Below the pieces are notes generated by a model. That model had not been told where the DNA came from. It searched no databases and was given only the letters and a program-made list of their open reading frames with translations. Positions 29,874-35,736 of a stretch of DNA of 44,955 nucleotides are shown piece after piece (within the stretch, counting starts at the first letter, position 1; every line of letters starts with the position of its first letter). The stretch spans positions 1 to 44,955 of the forward strand of contig CBDVDR010000023.1 of the NCBI GenBank assembly GCA_965372795.1. Direction: 5' to 3'. The stretch is from an uncultured bacterium. GTDB taxonomy: Bacteria; Zixibacteria; MSB-5A5; GN15; FEB-12. The position numbers and the translations under genes are program-made.

Positions 29874-29908
29874 AAAGGCAGTCCCCTCAGGCGGACTGCC
29901 TTTTTTTA
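29874..29908 (+). terminator. Terminator after glnA
   Basis: AAAGGCAGTCC-CCTCAGGC-GGACTGCCTTT followed by a T run. Confidence 0.85.
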
Positions 29909-29915
29909 TTTTATC

Positions 29916-31502
29916 CTACCACCAGACTTGGCGGTTATCTTCGTAAGTAAAGATTCGTTCTTCTTTATTGGAATCCTTTTCAATCAACCAATACAAACCG
30001 TTAACCGGAACGTTTTCAAAACTAAGCGATTGGTTTTTGGGTTGCTCCTCACCGAAAAGATTCCACTTATTCTCATTCCAATAGTACAACTCATATTGCT
30101 GATCTTCTTTTACAAAAATCTTTTTAATCCCATCGGTTGAAACAACCAATTTTTTCTCAGTCGACTTTGTAATATCTATCGTTGTAGTATTTTCTAAATC
30201 AGGATTCAATTTATTAATTGATTGATCTTTGTTTAAAATAAACGGTGCCCCATAAGGTACTATTTCTTCATTAAGATAAAGTGCCGGTAAATAAGCAAGA
30301 TCAACCCCCATGTCTTTAAATACAACCGAGTTGTCTTTCACTCGGCCCCATTGAATCGGTTTCCATTCACCCGAATTGAATACACACAGATAGGCGATGT
30401 CGACCGAATCAGGAATATTCATTTCAAATTCAATCGTAACATCGGCAACATCAACATAGTCAACCGTGACATCCTTATAATTTTTTCCGGCTAACCAGCG
30501 AGGCATCTTTTCCTGTTTACGTTCCTGGAAATACAAATTGTTCTTCTGTTCGCTGTACATTTTTCGATAGGCTTTGGCAAGTTTGTTAGCCAACTGATAT
30601 TTCCCGGGGTTTGCCTCAGCTCCCATGAACGGAATAACTTTTTCATCCTTCGTCAGAATCGCATTCCAGGCATGATTGTTCCCCGTGTTAGCCCAGTATG
30701 GCGTGTAATCACTCGTCACCGCCAGTGCATTCGCTCGCAAGGCATAGATTGCTATATTGGTCATATCTTCACAACGCCCGTATCCGCTCGCAAGCATCTC
30801 CGACAAACTCTGATCGGTAGGATGGTAATAATAGCGCGGATCAAAAGTAAAATATGAACGCACATCATTATTAATCAATGCCGCCGCCTCTATCGGATCG
30901 GTCGCATCATTCATAGCTACTGAAATTGTGTCATACTTCTCAAGTAATGCCTGTCGCCATTCTTCAAGCGGTTCATTGCTTCCCCGATATGGAAGAACAT
31001 ACTCGCAGAAATTATCAAATGATAAATTTTCCGCCCATGGTTTTTCCTGCCAGGCAGAAAATGCCAGATCAATTTGATTGATTAGAAAATCAGCTTTGAT
31101 CGTGGTAACATCTTTGATCTTATCTTTACGAATAAAATCCAATTCGCCATGTATCTCCTGAAGAGTATCAAACGAGGCGGTCAGAGTAGCATAGTCAGCA
31201 TAATCGGTAGCACTGAATTCGACTACTGTCTCATTGGTATCGACTAAAGCATAATTCACAAAACTATGGCTTTCCATATTGCCGATCAAAAAATACGCCG
31301 CTTCAAGTTTGAGTGAATCATCGCCAGATTTATAATGTTCGATAACTGTTTCAAGTTCAACCCGATTCTCTCCGGCGGAATTGAGGACTTTGGTGACATT
31401 TTCAGGATAACCGGATTGGATGTAGAAAAAATATAAAACAACAATAACCGGAAGTAATGCTGTTAGGATTAATACGAAATTATTTCTTTTATAGGCTTTC
31501 AT
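29916..31502 (-). CDS. Membrane-anchored transglutaminase-like domain protein
   Basis: N-terminal TM; AGENRVELE, AAYFLIGNM, FCEYVLPYR..NEPLE.WR; putative catalytic GRCEDM and NHAWN. Confidence 0.75.
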   Translation of the reverse strand: MKAYKRNNFVLILTALLPVIVVLYFFYIQSGYPENVTKVLNSAGENRVELETVIEHYKSGDDSLKLEAAYFLIGNMESHSFVNYALVDTNETVVEFSATDYADYATLTASFDTLQEIHGELDFIRKDKIKDVTTIKADFLINQIDLAFSAWQEKPWAENLSFDNFCEYVLPYRGSNEPLEEWRQALLEKYDTISVAMNDATDPIEAAALINNDVRSYFTFDPRYYYHPTDQSLSEMLASGYGRCEDMTNIAIYALRANALAVTSDYTPYWANTGNNHAWNAILTKDEKVIPFMGAEANPGKYQLANKLAKAYRKMYSEQKNNLYFQERKQEKMPRWLAGKNYKDVTVDYVDVADVTIEFEMNIPDSVDIAYLCVFNSGEWKPIQWGRVKDNSVVFKDMGVDLAYLPALYLNEEIVPYGAPFILNKDQSINKLNPDLENTTTIDITKSTEKKLVVSTDGIKKIFVKEDQQYELYYWNENKWNLFGEEQPKNQSLSFENVPVNGLYWLIEKDSNKEERIFTYEDNRQVWW

Positions 31503-31714
31503 TTTTTTCTCCTTAATATTTCTATCTGAAAAATAATGTCTGGTGTGATCAATTGCAACAACGTTTTCAAATCTTATTTCTATATTCTATTAAACTTATA
31601 ATAAAAATAATTTAATTGACACATTTAAAAAATTCATTGATATTAAGATACATTATCAAGCAACCTTCCATTAGAAAAAAATAAATCAAGCAATACCTGT
31701 AAAGGAGTATAGCT

Positions 31715-31972
31715 ATGAAACTGAATGTAAAAGCGTTTTCGGTAACGGGCGGAATTCTTTGGGGGCTCGGACTATTTTGTATTACCTGGTGGGTGATATT
31801 TTTTGAAGGACAAACTTCCGACCCCACCTGGTTAGGCTCACTGTATCGCGGATACAACATCAGCGCTACCGGTAGTTTAATCGGACTTGGCTGGGGTTTG
31901 CTAGATGGTTTGATCGGCGGAGCCGTCTTTGCCTGGCTATATAATTTCATGTGTGACAAATTCACAAAATAA
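31715..31972 (+). CDS. Small 2-TM membrane protein (family often labelled holin-like; function unproven)
   Basis: AAGGAG RBS; MKLNVKAFSVTGGILWG...YRGY...GSLIG..WG..DG.IGG..FAWLYN. Confidence 0.75.
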   Translation: MKLNVKAFSVTGGILWGLGLFCITWWVIFFEGQTSDPTWLGSLYRGYNISATGSLIGLGWGLLDGLIGGAVFAWLYNFMCDKFTK

Positions 31973-32455
31973 CACACACACACGAAGTGTGTTTGATTTG
32001 TTATCAAATACATTTCGTTTTTCGCTGTAAGTCATTGTGAAATTTCCTTGTACAACCAAAATGGGTTCGTTTGCTCATTTTTATACTTACGCATACTTCG
32101 AATGTTTTTAAATATTATTACTCCCGTAGGTCAGGTCTCTCTTGGCTTCGAGACCTGATCTGTCAGCAGAGCCTTTTCAAAGTATAAAGTCATAATTTTT
32201 ATCATTATTTGCTGTAACTCCTTTTGTTATTTCCTTGTACAATGAAAATGGGTTCGTTTGCTCACTTTTATACTTACGCATACTTCGTATGTTTTTGATA
32301 CTTAAAACACGGTTTTAGTAAAATTGAGTATTTTCCTTTTCGTGTGATTTCTTGATTTTTGCAGTTGTTATTTTAGACATAACTCACCGTTCCTCTTTCT
32401 ATAAAGGGTAGCGAGACCGCATTCACTTATGAATTTGTGGGGAATTTGCAGGGAA
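31973..32455 (-). repeat. Left arm of composite inverted-repeat element
   Basis: 32344-32455 is the reverse complement of 33721-33831 at roughly 75-80% identity by hand alignment; contains two 86-bp direct units (32024-32109, 32211-32296) and a GTAG-led hairpin (32126-32160). Confidence 0.85.
32315..32380 (-). CDS. Putative 21-aa micro-ORF MSKITTAKIKKSHEKENTQFY
   Basis: AGAGGA SD-like sequence upstream; N-terminus conserved with 33795-33869, including synonymous changes. Confidence 0.35.
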   Translation of the reverse strand: MSKITTAKIKKSHEKENTQFY

Positions 32456-32498
32456 GGGTGTTGGGGGGGGAAATGGCAGAACCACAAAAATTTCTGCA

Positions 32499-33593
32499 TT
32501 ACGAGAGCGAAATATCCTCTAGCAATCTTTGGGCATTATACTTTTTAACTTTGATAGAAACGGAAGAATTTTTGATTATTGTGTTTATTTCTTTCATCAT
32601 CGAATTTGGAAAAGGTAAATTGAGATCTGCAACAATTGCAAGTATAAATTCCAATTTAGACCGATCTTTTTCTGGTAAAAAATAATATGATTGAATCATA
32701 TTTATTATTGTTGTCTTTAAAACATGAATAGTTGATTTTAAATTTCGAATTATTTTAACTTCTATAAGAATAATACTTTTAGAATTTTCAAGTGCTGCAT
32801 CAAAAATATAATTACCTAATTGATTTCTGTAAGACTTCGTATAATTACTTTTTGCATAAGTTATATACTCATTAGAAATTTGTTTAATTACCAAGGATTC
32901 TAGGATTTGATACCGAGCCCTAGGATCGTTTTCCATCATGTTATTTATTACTTTTCGAGTATCAAAAGCACTTGGGTGGTCTATAATTCTATTTAATAAA
33001 ACTTGTCTGTTTCGAGAAGAAATTTCATTATTTCTTTCATCTATCGTCTTTATTCCTTCTTTTTGTCTACTTTCATTTTCATCATCTTCTGCACTATCTA
33101 ATGCCTGCTCTTGAATCACTTGTTCATTTTCATCATTGTCTGTACTATCTATTGTCTGTCCTTGCATCTCTTGTTCATTATCTTCATTGTCTTCAATGTC
33201 TGCACAACCTATTAACAGTTCACTACTATTTCCTTCCATTTGTATACCATCTAATTTATTTTCTTCAATTTGTACACCATCTAATATCTGTTCTTGTAAT
33301 TCATGTCTAAGCTTCAACTCTAGTTCTATTGGGTCTGGTTGTTGAAAAGCCTTCATATAATTCGCCTCATCTTTAAAATCTGATGGAGCATATAAAACTC
33401 TCGAATTCCAATTTAGAGTGATAAAGAAGAGTATTACTATCAAAATAGGGAAAATCATCAAGAACCAAATATATATTGTTTGATTGCTCTCCTTTATGAA
33501 AGGCAAAATAATAGTACCAGAAATTTCTGCTAATCCAGAAAAGATTGCAATTATTGTTAGTGGATTGCTAACTTTTTTAAATTTTTCTAACAT
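32499..33593 (-). CDS. Hypothetical protein: two N-terminal TM helices, acidic repeat linker, C-terminal PD-(D/E)xK-like motif
   Basis: ATG 33593 after GGAG; NPLTIIAIFSGLAEISGTIILP and IWFLMIFPILIVILFFITL helices; LYAPSDF; YIFDAALENSKSIILIEVK; visibly more AT-rich than glnA and gatD. Confidence 0.8.
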   Translation of the reverse strand: MLEKFKKVSNPLTIIAIFSGLAEISGTIILPFIKESNQTIYIWFLMIFPILIVILFFITLNWNSRVLYAPSDFKDEANYMKAFQQPDPIELELKLRHELQEQILDGVQIEENKLDGIQMEGNSSELLIGCADIEDNEDNEQEMQGQTIDSTDNDENEQVIQEQALDSAEDDENESRQKEGIKTIDERNNEISSRNRQVLLNRIIDHPSAFDTRKVINNMMENDPRARYQILESLVIKQISNEYITYAKSNYTKSYRNQLGNYIFDAALENSKSIILIEVKIIRNLKSTIHVLKTTIINMIQSYYFLPEKDRSKLEFILAIVADLNLPFPNSMMKEINTIIKNSSVSIKVKKYNAQRLLEDISLS

Positions 33594-33794
33594 GTTTTTC
33601 TCCAACAAAAGCAATTATTCGGAAGAAGTCCTGTTAACCAATAATTTTCCTTTATTTCTAAATTTATTTATCTACGTATATAAATGATAACAAACTCTAC
33701 TATACTTGTAAACTAAATAATTCCCCCAAATTTCCCACCAAATCATTGGTGAATAAGAATTCGCACCCCTTTATAAAAGGAGGAACGGTTAGTT

Positions 33795-33869
33795 ATGTCC
33801 AAAATCACAATTACAAAAATCAGAAAATTACCCAATGCGAAAAACACAAAATGTGCCCTTACGGGCTGA
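33795..33869 (+). CDS. Putative 24-aa micro-ORF MSKITITKIRKLPNAKNTKCALTG
   Basis: AGGAGG upstream; paralogous to 32315-32380. Confidence 0.35.
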   Translation: MSKITITKIRKLPNAKNTKCALTG

Positions 33870-34006
33870 AAAACATTCGAAGTATGCGCCAGAGAAAACA
33901 CATGAAGTGTGCAAAGACATCACTATGTCAAAAGTGAGGAAACGAACCCATTTTGGTTGTAATATTAAATCACAGATGAAGTTACAAGGGAAATTTGATT
34001 CAACAA

Positions 34007-34032
34007 TGGATTCCCGCCTTCGCGGGAATGAC
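34007..34032. repeat. REP/dRS3-like palindrome
   Basis: TGGATTCCCGCCTTCGCGGGAATGAC fits the ATTCCC-N8-GGGAAT pattern. Confidence 0.8.
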
Positions 34033-34356
34033 AATTCTGTTCGTAATGTTAGGGTGCCCCACTCCGCCAATGGCGGACGGTGGGATAAGTAAGAAACATA
34101 AATTTGTATGAAAACTAAAAAATGAGCAAACGAACCCATTTCGTTGTAATATTAAATTACAGAAGAAGTTACAAGGAAATAAAAGAAAGAGTTACAAAGA
34201 TAAACATGATAAATATAAACCACACAAAGTATGCGAAGTGTGCGTCAGGAATAAACACACGAAGTGTGGCAGGTCTCGGGGAGACTAAATCTACGGAATA
34301 TTAAATCAAATGATAAGTGTCAAAACTTCGTCAGGAATAGACACCCGAAGGGTGGG

Positions 34357-35736
34357 TTATTTGTGGACTTTTTTGATGAACTCCTCGACTTCGGGAATGC
34401 CACCCTGATAAATCAGATAACCATTATATGGTTCGCGTTTGGTTATATCCCGGCCAATCGGAGTCAACATAATCTCCCGTACCTTCTCAAGGTCATCAGT
34501 CTGCCCCAGTGCCCAGCCAAGTTTCACATAGGCAACCTCGGGAAGCATATTTTCACAGGGGATGATTCCCTTCGCCATAAGATCGCGTCCGGTATCGTAT
34601 ACGAACATGTGGACATAACCCCAAAGAGTCTGCACCGTCATATAAATAGCCACGCCCTTTTCAGCCGCCCGTTCAATAGCCGGATAAACTGTTTTATTGA
34701 CATGACCCAGCCCCGTGCCGGCAATGATAATACCTTTGTAACCGTTATCCACAAGCGAGTCGATAACATCGGGCATCATATTAGGGTAGTAATAAATCAA
34801 GCCAATCTTCTCTTCGAATACCGGAGTTATTTTTACTTTGGTGTCTTTACGGCGTCTGTTGTAATCCGGGTTGAGATGCGTAATTTTGTCTCGGTCAATC
34901 ATTGCCAGAGGAATATCGCCAATGGTTCTAAAAGTCGAACGATACGAAGAATGCATCTTGCGCACCCTCGTTCCGGTATGCAACAGCCCGTATTCATCAG
35001 AGGTTGGTCCGAACATACAAACCATGACCTCGGCAATGTCAGATTCGGCGGCGGCTTTGGTAGCATGGATCAAATTCAGAGCCGCATCCGATGACGGCCG
35101 GTCAGAAGAACGCTGGGAACCTACCAGTACGATTGGAACGGGTGAGTCCTGGATCATGTATGACAAGGCTCCGGCGGTGTGATGCATGGTGTCGGTGCCA
35201 TGACCGATAACGATGCCGTCGATTCCGTTTTCGATTTCTTTGCCGATTGCTTTGGCAAGGGCGATATATTGCTGGGGTCCCATATTTTCTGAGAAGACTG
35301 CAAATATTTTTTCAGTGGTCAGATTACAAATATCAGCCAGTTCCGGAACAGCGCCATAAAGTTCACCGGGGGAAAAGGCCGGAATTACGGCTCCGGTTCG
35401 GTAGTCAAGACGCGAGGCGATGGTTCCGCCGGTTCCGAACAGTTTGACATTTGGTTGACCATCAGTAAACGGGAATTCTTTTTCAGGGATTTTATAATTA
35501 GCTTCTTTGGTTCCCCCCACAGAAACTTCTTTGATGGTGCTTATTTCAAGTCCGACATTGTAGCCGGTGTGCAGTTTTAAAACGATATGCCGATCATCAT
35601 CATTTTCAGAACGCGGAAGGATAATACCTTTGAATTCACCGCGGGTCGTTTTAAAAGTCGCTTCACTCCAGACCGGAGCGTTTTTCGATTTTAAAACTTC
35701 AAGTGCTTTACCTTTGTATCCTTTGAAATCAGCCAC
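34357..35736 (-). CDS. gatD: Glu-tRNA(Gln) amidotransferase subunit D (archaeal type)
   Basis: GatD-type N-terminal domain (GIILPRSE..DDRHIVLKLHTGYNVG) fused to a type I asparaginase fold with GTGGTIASRLDYRTGAV, HGTDTM, GSQRSSDRPSSDA, RKMHSS, MLPEVAYVKL; AAGGAGG RBS, GTG start. Confidence 0.95.
   Translation of the reverse strand: MADFKGYKGKALEVLKSKNAPVWSEATFKTTRGEFKGIILPRSENDDDRHIVLKLHTGYNVGLEISTIKEVSVGGTKEANYKIPEKEFPFTDGQPNVKLFGTGGTIASRLDYRTGAVIPAFSPGELYGAVPELADICNLTTEKIFAVFSENMGPQQYIALAKAIGKEIENGIDGIVIGHGTDTMHHTAGALSYMIQDSPVPIVLVGSQRSSDRPSSDAALNLIHATKAAAESDIAEVMVCMFGPTSDEYGLLHTGTRVRKMHSSYRSTFRTIGDIPLAMIDRDKITHLNPDYNRRRKDTKVKITPVFEEKIGLIYYYPNMMPDVIDSLVDNGYKGIIIAGTGLGHVNKTVYPAIERAAEKGVAIYMTVQTLWGYVHMFVYDTGRDLMAKGIIPCENMLPEVAYVKLGWALGQTDDLEKVREIMLTPIGRDITKREPYNGYLIYQGGIPEVEEFIKKVHK

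Larger units (their letters stand above)
33721..34356 (+). repeat. Right arm of composite inverted-repeat element
   Basis: Inverted homolog of the left arm; two ~64-bp units (33930-33994, 34118-34180); palindromes at 34007-34032 and 34058-34084; 27-bp direct repeat at 34243-34269 and 34329-34355. Confidence 0.85.

Noticed and set aside
31715..31972. Prophage inferred from the holin-like gene
   Set aside because: No endolysin, integrase or structural phage genes nearby.
31612..32013. 133-aa minus-strand ORF
   Set aside because: Antisense to the 85-aa membrane protein gene, which has the RBS and family-like pattern.
33746..34304. ORFs 33746-33937, 33828-34139, 33835-34092 and 34122-34304 as real proteins
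   Set aside because: They overlap in several frames, and the two repeat units shift frame after the KRTHF motif, so conservation appears to be at nucleotide level.
32024..34355. CRISPR array interpretation of the repeats
   Set aside because: Only two units per arm, units 64-86 bp, fillers about 100-120 bp, and no cas genes in the window.
34264..35094. 276-aa plus-strand ORF
   Set aside because: Antisense shadow of gatD with no RBS or recognisable motifs.
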